This document shows, in pieces, positions 10,766 through 19,669 of a stretch of 64,000 nt of DNA; positions within the stretch are counted from its first letter, which is position 1, and the number at the start of each line of letters is the position of its first letter. The notes under the pieces were generated by a model, which ran no database searches, was not told where the DNA came from, and saw nothing but the letters and a program-made list of their open reading frames with translations. Source of the DNA: Pedobacter sp. Its GTDB lineage: Bacteria; Desulfobacterota; Desulfuromonadia; Desulfuromonadales; Syntrophotaleaceae. A program made the position numbers and the translations under genes. Location of the stretch: assembly GCA_050253415.1 (NCBI GenBank), contig JBFWJC010000006.1, forward strand, positions 64,001-128,000, given 5' to 3'.

Positions 10766-11920
10766 ATGAATAATTTTACGTTTCATAATCCGGTACGCGT
10801 TGTTTTTGGCCGCGGTTCCATTACGCAATTATCCCAACTGGTCCCACGGGAAACCAGGATCATGCTGATTTTCGGTGGCGGCTCCATAAAACACAACGGC
10901 GTCTATAATCAGGTCATCAAAGCTCTTACCGAACATGATGTGATTGAATTCTCCGGCATAGAACCCAACCCCCTGTACGAAACCTGCATGGAAGCAACGC
11001 GACTGGCTCAAAAAGCCAAGGTGGGTTTTCTGCTGGCCGTGGGCGGAGGTTCGGTAATGGACGCCACCAAGTTTATCGCGGCAGCGGCCACCTACGCAGG
11101 TGATGATCCCTGGGATATGGTCCTGAAAATGGCCCCGGTTGAGTCCGCCCTGCCCCTCGGCTGCGTTGTCACCCTGCCGGCAACCGGATCGGAAACCAAC
11201 ATCAATGCGGTCATTTCCAGAGCATCGACAGCGCAAAAAATCCCCTTTAAAAGCGCTTTTCTCTATCCGCAGTTTTCCATTCTCGATCCCGATACCACCT
11301 TTTCTCTGCCACAACGCCAACTGGCCAACGGTGTTGTCGATACGTTTGTCCATGTATGCGAACAGTATCTAACTTACGATGTCAATGCGCCCTTGCAAGA
11401 CCGTCAGGCTGAAGGCATCCTTCTCACCCTTATCGAAGAAGCACCCAAACTATTTGGATCAGAGGATGGGTATGATGTTCGGGCGAACCTTATGTGGTGC
11501 GCAACGCAAGCCCTGAATCACAACCTGGCCTGCGGTGTCCCGACGGATTGGTCCTCCCATGCCATTGCTCACGAATTGACGGCGCTATGCAGCCTCGACC
11601 ACGCCCGAGCTCTAGCTATCGTATTGCCTGCCCTGCTGCATAAGCAAAGACGCGCCAAATCTGCCAAGCTGCAACAATTCGCGCTTCGCGTGTGGGGTAT
11701 CAGTGATGCAAACCCTGAGGAAGCGATAGACAAGGCGCTTGTCAGCACCGAGCGGTTTTTTAAATCCTTGGGCCTGGCAACCCGCCTGCGAGACTACAAT
11801 ATCCCACGGGACGTCATTACGCAGATCGCTCAACGACTGGGGCAACGACAACCGCTGATAGGCGAGCATCAGAATATTGGAACCGCCGAAGTTGCCGACA
11901 TTCTTGAACACGCCTTTTAA
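10766..11920 (+). CDS. Iron-containing, NADPH-dependent alcohol dehydrogenase (YqhD/BdhA-like)
   Basis: GGGSIK, AVGGGSVMD, TLPATGSE, H..EQY, HAIAHELT, DHA motifs. Confidence 0.93.
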   Translation: MNNFTFHNPVRVVFGRGSITQLSQLVPRETRIMLIFGGGSIKHNGVYNQVIKALTEHDVIEFSGIEPNPLYETCMEATRLAQKAKVGFLLAVGGGSVMDATKFIAAAATYAGDDPWDMVLKMAPVESALPLGCVVTLPATGSETNINAVISRASTAQKIPFKSAFLYPQFSILDPDTTFSLPQRQLANGVVDTFVHVCEQYLTYDVNAPLQDRQAEGILLTLIEEAPKLFGSEDGYDVRANLMWCATQALNHNLACGVPTDWSSHAIAHELTALCSLDHARALAIVLPALLHKQRRAKSAKLQQFALRVWGISDANPEEAIDKALVSTERFFKSLGLATRLRDYNIPRDVITQIAQRLGQRQPLIGEHQNIGTAEVADILEHAF

Positions 11921-12018
11921 GCGTTACGCCAATAAGATAACAACGAAACAAATTGCCTTGTATATCTGCGTGAGTTTGAATAATCTTGGAGGATCGTTAT
12001 TCAGCATGGAGGGGATGT

Positions 12019-12768
12019 ATGGCCAGAAAAGGCATCCTGTACGAGCAGGTCATTGACGCAATCAGCGCGCTGCAGACAAATAAACAAAAAGTTACCGTTC
12101 GTGCTATTCATGCTGTGACCGGTGGATCCATGTCCACCGTGTTAAAGCATTACCGTCGATGGCAAAGCGAACAGCTGGGCCAGCCTTCTGATGCGACGGA
12201 TATATCCCCCCAATTGACTGAGGCTTTGCACAACGAGTTGCGCAATTACGCCCGGCGGACACTCCTGGTCATGGAGACCCGCCTGTCGACCAACAGCCAG
12301 AAACTTCAGGAAATCGAATCGGCATACAAAGAGGCGCAGCGTTACATAACCGATCTCGAAAAGGCGCTGCAGGAAAACGAACAAAATTCGTCCCCAAAGA
12401 TGGCCGAGATGGAAGCGCAATGTAAACTGGCCTTGCAGAGCAAAGCCCACGCCGAAGAACAGCTATACCAGGCACGACAGCATGCGGTTTTGATGGAAAA
12501 CCGTCTTGACGAAGTCGACACCCGCCTGGGGGTGCTGACTCAGGAACTGAATACCGCCCGGGAACAGATTCGCAAGTCGTCGGCGCAAGTCGAGGACCTT
12601 GAACAGCGCCTGGAGGAAGCCGATGCGCGAGCCCAGCGTGCAGAGGCGCAGCTACAGGAACTGCTGCCCCGGGAAAAGACCCGGCAACAACGCAACAACA
12701 CGCCGCCGCCTAAGACTCCCGCCGCCAAACCTGCGGCCGAGGAGCAGCAGGAAGCTTTTGAATTTTGA
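12019..12768 (+). CDS. KfrA-like N-terminal DNA-binding domain plus coiled coil
   Basis: MARKGILYEQV...TVRAI...GGSMSTVLKH.RRW followed by a long heptad coiled coil. Confidence 0.8.
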   Translation: MARKGILYEQVIDAISALQTNKQKVTVRAIHAVTGGSMSTVLKHYRRWQSEQLGQPSDATDISPQLTEALHNELRNYARRTLLVMETRLSTNSQKLQEIESAYKEAQRYITDLEKALQENEQNSSPKMAEMEAQCKLALQSKAHAEEQLYQARQHAVLMENRLDEVDTRLGVLTQELNTAREQIRKSSAQVEDLEQRLEEADARAQRAEAQLQELLPREKTRQQRNNTPPPKTPAAKPAAEEQQEAFEF

Positions 12769-12771
12769 GTC

Positions 12772-12810
12772 AAAAAAACCGGGATCACAGAGTGTGAATC
12801 CCGGCTTTTT
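12772..12810. terminator. Bidirectional intrinsic terminator
   Basis: A-run, CCGGGAT..ATCCCGG stem, T-run, between convergent genes. Confidence 0.75.
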
Positions 12811-12831
12811 CACGAAAACAATGAGAGGCTG

Positions 12832-14262
12832 TCATGCGCTCGGCGGCAGCTGAATGGCTTTAACCTCCAGATATTCCTCAAGTCCGAACCGTCCCATTTC
12901 CCGCCCATAGCCCGATTGGCGATAGCCTCCGAAGGGGGCCTCGGTATTGTAAGGCGCACCGTTGATATCCACCTGTCCGGCACGCAGACGGCGCGCCACG
13001 GCCATGGCTCGCGTTGCATCGGCCGACCAGACCCCAGCAGCGAGGCCATAGGGCGTGGCGTTGGCCAGAGCAACCGCCTCATCTTCGCTCCTATAAGTCA
13101 TAATCGATAATACCGGGCCGAAAATCTCTTCCCGGGCAATACTCATTTCGGGTGTCACCCGACCGAACACCGTAGGTTGGACGTAATAACCATGCTCAAG
13201 ACCGACCGGGACATCCGTCCCACCAAAAAGCAACGCCGCACCTTCATCACAACCCTGCCGAATATAATCCATCACTTTTTCGTATTGACGTCTGGAAACC
13301 AAGGGACCGAGGCGCGCGTTTTCATCCATGGGATCGCCCGGATGGAACTTCTTGGCGGCTTGAACAGCCAGCTCAGCCGCCTCTTCGTAACGGTCTTCGG
13401 GAACCAACAATCGTGTCCAGGCACTGCAGGTCTGTCCGGAATTGAGAAAACAGGATTTGACCGTACCTTTAACCGCCTCCGCAAGGTCGGCATCGTCCAA
13501 AACAACGGACGGGGATTTTCCTCCCAACTCCAGAGCAACACGCTTGACACCGCCGGCTGCCAGCTCGGCGACCCTTTTACCGGCACGGGTGGATCCGGTA
13601 AAGGAAATCAGATCGACATCTTCATGGATTGCCAGTCGCTCGCCGACTACCGGCCCGGCACCGCTGACAAGGTTGAAAACTCCCGCCGGCAAACCGATCT
13701 GATCCATAATATCCGCCAGCAAAAATGCATTCAGGGGTGTCACTTCACTTGGCTTGAGCACGACGGTGCAGCCGGCAGCTAAAGCTGGCGCCAGCTTGGC
13801 CACGATCTGGTGCAGCGGATAATTCCAGGGAGTGATGGCTGCCACAACCCCCGCAGCCTCTTTCACGATAAGCGAATGACCCATTTTCTCTTCAAAGGGG
13901 AAAGTTCGCGCATGACTGGCGTACGACGCGAGGGTGACCATCGGCAATCCGACCTGAATCATTCGGGTCAGTTTAAACGGCATGCCGAGTTCGGCCGTAA
14001 TCAATTCGGCCATTTCTTCGGACTTATTTTTCAGTGCGGCGTGAATTTTATCCAGCCAATCTGCACGTTCCTCCACGGAGGTGGCCGCCCAACTTCCAAA
14101 TGCATTACGCGCCGCCATAACGGCGGCATCGGCGTCCTGTTGCCGAGCAGCCGGTATGGTGCCGATGATTTCTTCGTTGGCCGGATTGACGACCTCAAAG
14201 ATCTCAGCGCAGGAAGGCCCAACCCATTTACCGTTGATGTACAATTTATCCCTGATGACCAT
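12832..14262 (-). CDS. Aldehyde dehydrogenase
   Basis: ITPWNYP, FTGST, LELGGKS, NSGQTC, EEIFGP. Confidence 0.96.
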   Translation of the reverse strand: MVIRDKLYINGKWVGPSCAEIFEVVNPANEEIIGTIPAARQQDADAAVMAARNAFGSWAATSVEERADWLDKIHAALKNKSEEMAELITAELGMPFKLTRMIQVGLPMVTLASYASHARTFPFEEKMGHSLIVKEAAGVVAAITPWNYPLHQIVAKLAPALAAGCTVVLKPSEVTPLNAFLLADIMDQIGLPAGVFNLVSGAGPVVGERLAIHEDVDLISFTGSTRAGKRVAELAAGGVKRVALELGGKSPSVVLDDADLAEAVKGTVKSCFLNSGQTCSAWTRLLVPEDRYEEAAELAVQAAKKFHPGDPMDENARLGPLVSRRQYEKVMDYIRQGCDEGAALLFGGTDVPVGLEHGYYVQPTVFGRVTPEMSIAREEIFGPVLSIMTYRSEDEAVALANATPYGLAAGVWSADATRAMAVARRLRAGQVDINGAPYNTEAPFGGYRQSGYGREMGRFGLEEYLEVKAIQLPPSA

Positions 14263-14466
14263 GCTATCCTCCTATCAAGTTTTACGGAATATCAAGGTAT
14301 GGAGTATAGCAAATAGAACCGTCAGGTTGAAATTTTCCTTGCAGAGGACCCGGCACCCTAAAAATGGATTTTCTTGATAGTTGTCAAGGGTGATCAGAAA
14401 CGGATGTGAGAAGATCAGGCCATCAAACGAACACAACTCCATTTCTACAACTAAGGGAGATTATCT

Positions 14467-15180
14467 ATGAAACGGAATATCATTCACATCGACGAAGACA
14501 AATGCAACGGTTGCGGCCTCTGTGTACCCGCCTGCGCCGAAGGTGCTATCCAGATCATCGATGGCAAAGCCCGCTTGGCTGCCGACAACCTTTGCGACGG
14601 TCTCGGTGCCTGCCTCGGTCATTGCCCGCAAGATGCCATCCGCATCGAGGTCCGCGAAGCCGATGAGTTTGATGAAGTGGCGGTGGCAAAAAAAACCGCT
14701 AAAACGCAGGATGCAAAACCTGCCCACGGACACGGCCATAGCGGTTGCCCGTCGGCCCGGATCATGTCCTTCGAAGCACCGCAGTCAGCTCCAGTGACGG
14801 ACAATATCTCCCAGCCTTCTGCCATAGGCAACTGGCCTGTGCAACTGAAACTGATCCCGGTCTCCGCACCTTTTCTTAAGGGAGCCGACCTGCTGCTGGC
14901 CGCCGATTGCGCACCGTTTGCCTATGCCGACTTCCACCGCGAACTTCTGGCTGGCAAAGTGCTGCTCATCGGATGTCCCAAACTTGATGATGCCGAGGAA
15001 TACAAGCGGAAATTGACCGCAATTCTGGCCGAGAACGATGTCAAATCCCTCACCGTGGCCTACATGGAAGTCCCTTGTTGTTCCGGCCTTGTTGCCCTGG
15101 CCAAGGAAGCCCTGGCGGCAAGCGGCGTAGATATCGCTTTACAAACGGCCTGCATCGGCATCCGTGGAGAGCGTCGATAA
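14467..15180 (+). CDS. 4Fe-4S ferredoxin-domain iron-sulfur protein
   Basis: CNGCGLCVPAC and CDGLGACLGHCP, then WPVQL, GCPKLD, MEVPCC. Confidence 0.9.
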   Translation: MKRNIIHIDEDKCNGCGLCVPACAEGAIQIIDGKARLAADNLCDGLGACLGHCPQDAIRIEVREADEFDEVAVAKKTAKTQDAKPAHGHGHSGCPSARIMSFEAPQSAPVTDNISQPSAIGNWPVQLKLIPVSAPFLKGADLLLAADCAPFAYADFHRELLAGKVLLIGCPKLDDAEEYKRKLTAILAENDVKSLTVAYMEVPCCSGLVALAKEALAASGVDIALQTACIGIRGERR

Positions 15181-15195
15181 CCATCCACTTTTTCG

Positions 15196-15228
15196 AACAG
15201 GCCCGGGCAACCGGGCCTGTTTTGTTTT
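15196..15228 (+). terminator. Intrinsic terminator
   Basis: AACAGGCCCGG-GCAA-CCGGGCCTGTT followed by a T-rich tract. Confidence 0.8.
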
Positions 15229-15307
15229 AGCCACCTTACAGGAAAATAAAAAGTCCTGACCCATTAAACAGGTCAGGACTCGGATGAAGCGAATAGTAAC
15301 GAAAGGA

Positions 15308-15583
15308 TCAGTCTTCGGCAGTAATCGGACTGATAATAGTCTTGACTTCGGAGATGCTGTTGGCAGGAAACCCACCTTTGGTGGCATGTTCAAGGATCTC
15401 TTTTTCACTGGGCGAAATATAAACACAGTAGATTTTGTCCGCTGTAACGAAGCTTTCTACCCACTGGATCTGGGGTCCCATTTCCTTAAGGACCGCACAG
15501 GAAGCCTGAGAAATGCTCTGCAGATCCTGGGCGGAAAGGTTTCCAGCGCCGGGAAGTTCCCTCTCAATAATAAACTTGGGCAT
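15308..15583 (-). CDS. DUF4242 domain protein
   Basis: MPKFIIERELPGAG...QWVESFV..DKIYCVY...H...GGFPA; SD AAGGA. Confidence 0.85.
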   Translation of the reverse strand: MPKFIIERELPGAGNLSAQDLQSISQASCAVLKEMGPQIQWVESFVTADKIYCVYISPSEKEILEHATKGGFPANSISEVKTIISPITAED

Positions 15584-15731
15584 GATCCGTTTCCTTTCTT
15601 TAGCAGCAAGAGACACATGGCGGACAGCACACCTGACCGACCATCAAACACTGTTTCATATTGCCTCGGATTAGAGATGGAGGCAATGAAAAAAAGTTCG
15701 GTCCCCAAAGCCCCCCTCTATCCAACTTCTA

Positions 15732-16211
15732 TCATTCCCGTATACGGGAAATCTGGATATCGGTGCCACCCTGCTGCGTATTTTCGGATAAGACCACGGT
15801 TTTTACGGTTCTGTCTTTTTCAACCGTTATGGTCACCATTTTTCCGGTCGGCATGGCCATTTCAAAAATACGGGGCTGTTCGTTTTTGGTTTCATTTTTA
15901 TAATATTGAGCCACTTTTTCGATATCGTCGGCACTATGCACGGATACCGAAACCACGGAATCCGTTCCATCCTCGGTCTCGCTTTCCACCAGCATTGTCC
16001 CTCCCGGGCCGGCAGTGACCCCGGGATACAGGGTAAGACCCATATCAGCAGGCAGCGATGCTTTGCCGTATTCCATGGTCGTCGTGCCTTCTTCGCCGGT
16101 TATGGTCACAGTGCCTTCTTCACCGGAAACGACAGTATTATCTTCCTTTTTGCCGCAACCGACCATCATTGCGGCGATGCCGATAACCACCAGAGCTGTT
16201 CTGAATTTCAT
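15732..16211 (-). CDS. Lipoprotein, unknown function
   Basis: Signal peptide with lipobox MVGC. Confidence 0.8.
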   Translation of the reverse strand: MKFRTALVVIGIAAMMVGCGKKEDNTVVSGEEGTVTITGEEGTTTMEYGKASLPADMGLTLYPGVTAGPGGTMLVESETEDGTDSVVSVSVHSADDIEKVAQYYKNETKNEQPRIFEMAMPTGKMVTITVEKDRTVKTVVLSENTQQGGTDIQISRIRE

Positions 16212-16312
16212 TCAAAAGTCTCCTTTCCAAACTAAAAGGGATAACAAACGCCAACCGGCCAAATCCGGTTTAAAGGCATCAGGGTATATATTTATCGTCA
16301 AGCATATCGCTC

Positions 16313-19300
16313 TTAAAGAGTAATCCAACCATCCAGCAATGGAAAATAGAGTGCCGTGCGCATCACGCGCGAAGGTTCCATGGCCTGCATCAGGCGAACA
16401 TACAGTTCCAGTTGACCCTGATAAATCCGAGCCTGTTGCCGTATGAATGTATCTTCGTCCGATCCTTTACTATCGCCGGTTTTATAATCCACAATCCAGC
16501 GGACCCCCTTATCATCGAGAAAAGTGCGATCGATCTCCGCATGCACCACACGCCCATCGACGACCCCGGAGAGGGAAAGTTCGCAGGCAGCCTCCTGATG
16601 CGCGGAAAGGATCCACCTGCCCCGCCGGCTTTGCAAGGTTTTGGATAGCGCCAGCACCACCTTTTCGGCAGCCGCAGGCAAGCGGTCTTCGGCAATGCCC
16701 ATGCGACCCAGACGATGAATCATCATCTGACCCTCGTTTTCGGCACGTTCTACCGGCCAAAGATCAAGGCCCTCCGCGGCAATGCGTTCAAGATAAGCAT
16801 GTACCAGACTGCCGATATGACGCCCCTCTTCCGTTTCGGGCATGAGGGTCGACGCCACCGTATGTTGGGCCGACGATGACGGACGCAATACATCCACCGA
16901 TACCGCCTCGTAGCCGATGGGCATGACGGGAAGTTGCCATTCAACAGGCAGCCGCCGCAACCCGGCAAAAGTTTTCACTTCATCTGCCGAGCCGGGTGAC
17001 AGAGGGTCAAGCCCTGCAAAAGAATCTTCAACAGCCGGCCATAATTTTTCCAGAAAGGAACTCCTTGCCGGTCGGAACACTCCGTCCGCGGCCGGCCTTG
17101 CATAGCCAAGCAAATGGAGTCGTTTTTTGGCCCGCGTGGCTGCAACATACAGAACCCTGGCGATTTCCAGATCGTTCTTCTGTTTTTCGATGCGTCCGAT
17201 AGCATCGTAAATGGCATCACGACCCGGACCGCCCAAAGGCGCCAGAGGCGCTAACAACAGCCCGGTATCAGGCAGTTCAAGCCAACGCATCAGAGGCGCG
17301 TCTTCGGCGCGGGGTCGCCTGCCGAGTCCGGGTAAAATCACGGTGTCAAACTCCAGCCCCTTGGCTTTGTGAATGGTCATAACCTGCAGGGAGTCGTCGG
17401 CACCGGGATCAGGGGCCGCATAGAGCTTGCCAAGTTTGACTTCAAGTTCCTCCAGAGGCAACAGATCGCCGCCATGGTCGAGTTGTTGCAGCAGACCGAA
17501 GACCGCCTCGGCATCAACCAGGCCGGCATCGTCCAGGCACCCCGGCCCTCCCAGGGCCAACCATGCCCCCTCTACCAGTGATCTCAGTGGAGTTCTGCCC
17601 CGCTGGGTTGCAACCTGGTTCAAAACCGCTGTAACACGCGCCAGACGCTTGCGGCCATCCTCGGAGAGAGGGTGCAGGCGTTTGGGTTGACGCAGCAATT
17701 CTGCCATCGTGACATCGGGCATTTCGCCGCAAAGGATATGAAGATCATCCAGGCTCAATCCACACCAGGGAGCGCGCAGTACCGCCAGGTGCGCAATACG
17801 GTCGGAGGGATGGAGCAACGCCCGGGTCAGAGCCAGCAGGTCTCGTGCCACAGGCCGGCCGGCAAGAGGATCGATCTCCTGGGCGCGAAACCGCAACCCC
17901 GCCTCGTGAAAAGCACGCAGAATCTCCTGAAGATGACTGCGCGCCCGCACCAGTACGGCAACGCTCCCCTGGGGATCGTCCCGCCGAGCCTGCCGAACAA
18001 GTTCCAGAACCTGCAAAGCCTCGGCACGGTCGTCGCGGTTCGCCAGGGCATGGCAGGTAACGGCCTGGATATCCAAAGATTCCCGGGCAGCGACCGAAGG
18101 GGCATACGTCACGCCTCCCAGGGCTTCGTCCTCGCGATCAGGGAACAAACCCGGGAATACGCCATTGACCCAATCGACGATACCCGCCTGGGATCGGAAA
18201 TTGGTGGTTAGATACAGCGGTTCGAGATGCAATTGATCGATGCCGTGATGGCGCGCTTGAAGATACAGGCCGACCTCGGCCTCACGAAACCGGTAAATGG
18301 ACTGCATCGGGTCACCGACCAGAAACAGACTGCGACCGTCACCCTGCTGCCAACCGGAGGTCAGTTTCTTCAGCAACAGGAACTGCCCCCAGGAAGTATC
18401 CTGGAACTCGTCCACCAGAATATGCCGGATGCGACTGTCAAGATGCAGCAGCAGGTCGGTCGGCGCATCGACCTCGCCAAGCGCCCGGCCGGCCGCCAGG
18501 GCAACCTCGACAAAATCGCTTTGGCCACCCTCTTTGAACACCAGCCACAATTCCGCCACGGCCCGTGGCAACAGGGTTGTCAGAGCCTGCAAAACCTGCC
18601 ATTGCTCAGGTTCATAAACCACCGGTGGCAAGGCACGAACCTCGGCAAACAGTTCGGCAACCGCATCGTGTTGCCCGAGTTCCTCCAGCAGCTGCCCCAT
18701 ATCTTGCTTCATGGAGGCGAACGGTTCCTGCTTACCGGGGGGGAATCCGCAATTTTTATCCAGACGTTTGCGCAACGTACCGCCGCCTGTCAGCAACAGA
18801 TCGGCCAGACCGCGCCAGATTGCCACCTCATCCGCCGATATCAAGGGAAAACGGTCTACCCCGGCAAGAGCCGTAATGCCGTTTTCGATACCCTGTGACT
18901 GCAGATTGGCCGCGGCCAGGGCGCCCAGACGGATCATGCGGTCTTTGTGCTCCGGACTCAATATCCGATCCACTTGAACCAGCACACCTTCAACCAGACA
19001 GCGCAGCCCCCCTTCAAGAATCAGGCGCTGCTGTTCGGCCTGCTGCCCAAAAAGGTGACGCAACCAGTGATCGCGCCGGCCGAGCATGCCGACCAGCAGA
19101 TCGCGCAGCCGCTCCATGCGATTGTCGAGATGCGCAAGCAGCAGGCAGGCCGCTTCACCATAAGTACTTTGGCTATCGGCCAGCGCCAGCACCCTTTCGG
19201 CGGCCTGTCGATAAAGATCGCCTGCGTCCTCTACAATACTGGCCTGGGCGCCGAATCGCGACTGCCAGGGCATGCGCCGGACCAGGGAAGCGCAAAAGCT

Positions 19301-19669
19301 GTCGATAGTCTGTACAGCCAATCGCACGGGATTTTCCAGCAAACGCCAATCGTAACGCGTATCGTTGTCCAACACCTGCCTGGCGAGTCGCCAGGTGGTG
19401 CGGGCATGTTCCGCTTCCGGTTCAGGCCCGCGAGCTGCCTCCAGTGCACGCACCAGGCGATCACGCATTTCACCGGCGGCTTTACGCGTAAAGGTAATGG
19501 CCAGCACCTCCTCGGGGCGCTCGACCACTCCCAGCAAAGCCAGCATTCTCTGAATGAGAAGTTCGGTCTTGCCGCTGCCCGCGGGAGCCTGCACGATAAA
19601 AGTGCCGGATGGATCAAGCGCCCGCCGCCTGGCATCGTAATCGGGTGGCTGTGTCAGACGCAGTTTCAT
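16313..19669 (-). CDS. AddA/RecB-like UvrD helicase-nuclease
   Basis: APAGSGKT, DEFQDT, GDPMQSIYRFR, TIHKAKGLEF, and a C-terminal IDR...IVDYKT nuclease. Confidence 0.93.
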   Translation of the reverse strand: MKLRLTQPPDYDARRRALDPSGTFIVQAPAGSGKTELLIQRMLALLGVVERPEEVLAITFTRKAAGEMRDRLVRALEAARGPEPEAEHARTTWRLARQVLDNDTRYDWRLLENPVRLAVQTIDSFCASLVRRMPWQSRFGAQASIVEDAGDLYRQAAERVLALADSQSTYGEAACLLLAHLDNRMERLRDLLVGMLGRRDHWLRHLFGQQAEQQRLILEGGLRCLVEGVLVQVDRILSPEHKDRMIRLGALAAANLQSQGIENGITALAGVDRFPLISADEVAIWRGLADLLLTGGGTLRKRLDKNCGFPPGKQEPFASMKQDMGQLLEELGQHDAVAELFAEVRALPPVVYEPEQWQVLQALTTLLPRAVAELWLVFKEGGQSDFVEVALAAGRALGEVDAPTDLLLHLDSRIRHILVDEFQDTSWGQFLLLKKLTSGWQQGDGRSLFLVGDPMQSIYRFREAEVGLYLQARHHGIDQLHLEPLYLTTNFRSQAGIVDWVNGVFPGLFPDREDEALGGVTYAPSVAARESLDIQAVTCHALANRDDRAEALQVLELVRQARRDDPQGSVAVLVRARSHLQEILRAFHEAGLRFRAQEIDPLAGRPVARDLLALTRALLHPSDRIAHLAVLRAPWCGLSLDDLHILCGEMPDVTMAELLRQPKRLHPLSEDGRKRLARVTAVLNQVATQRGRTPLRSLVEGAWLALGGPGCLDDAGLVDAEAVFGLLQQLDHGGDLLPLEELEVKLGKLYAAPDPGADDSLQVMTIHKAKGLEFDTVILPGLGRRPRAEDAPLMRWLELPDTGLLLAPLAPLGGPGRDAIYDAIGRIEKQKNDLEIARVLYVAATRAKKRLHLLGYARPAADGVFRPARSSFLEKLWPAVEDSFAGLDPLSPGSADEVKTFAGLRRLPVEWQLPVMPIGYEAVSVDVLRPSSSAQHTVASTLMPETEEGRHIGSLVHAYLERIAAEGLDLWPVERAENEGQMMIHRLGRMGIAEDRLPAAAEKVVLALSKTLQSRRGRWILSAHQEAACELSLSGVVDGRVVHAEIDRTFLDDKGVRWIVDYKTGDSKGSDEDTFIRQQARIYQGQLELYVRLMQAMEPSRVMRTALYFPLLDGWITL

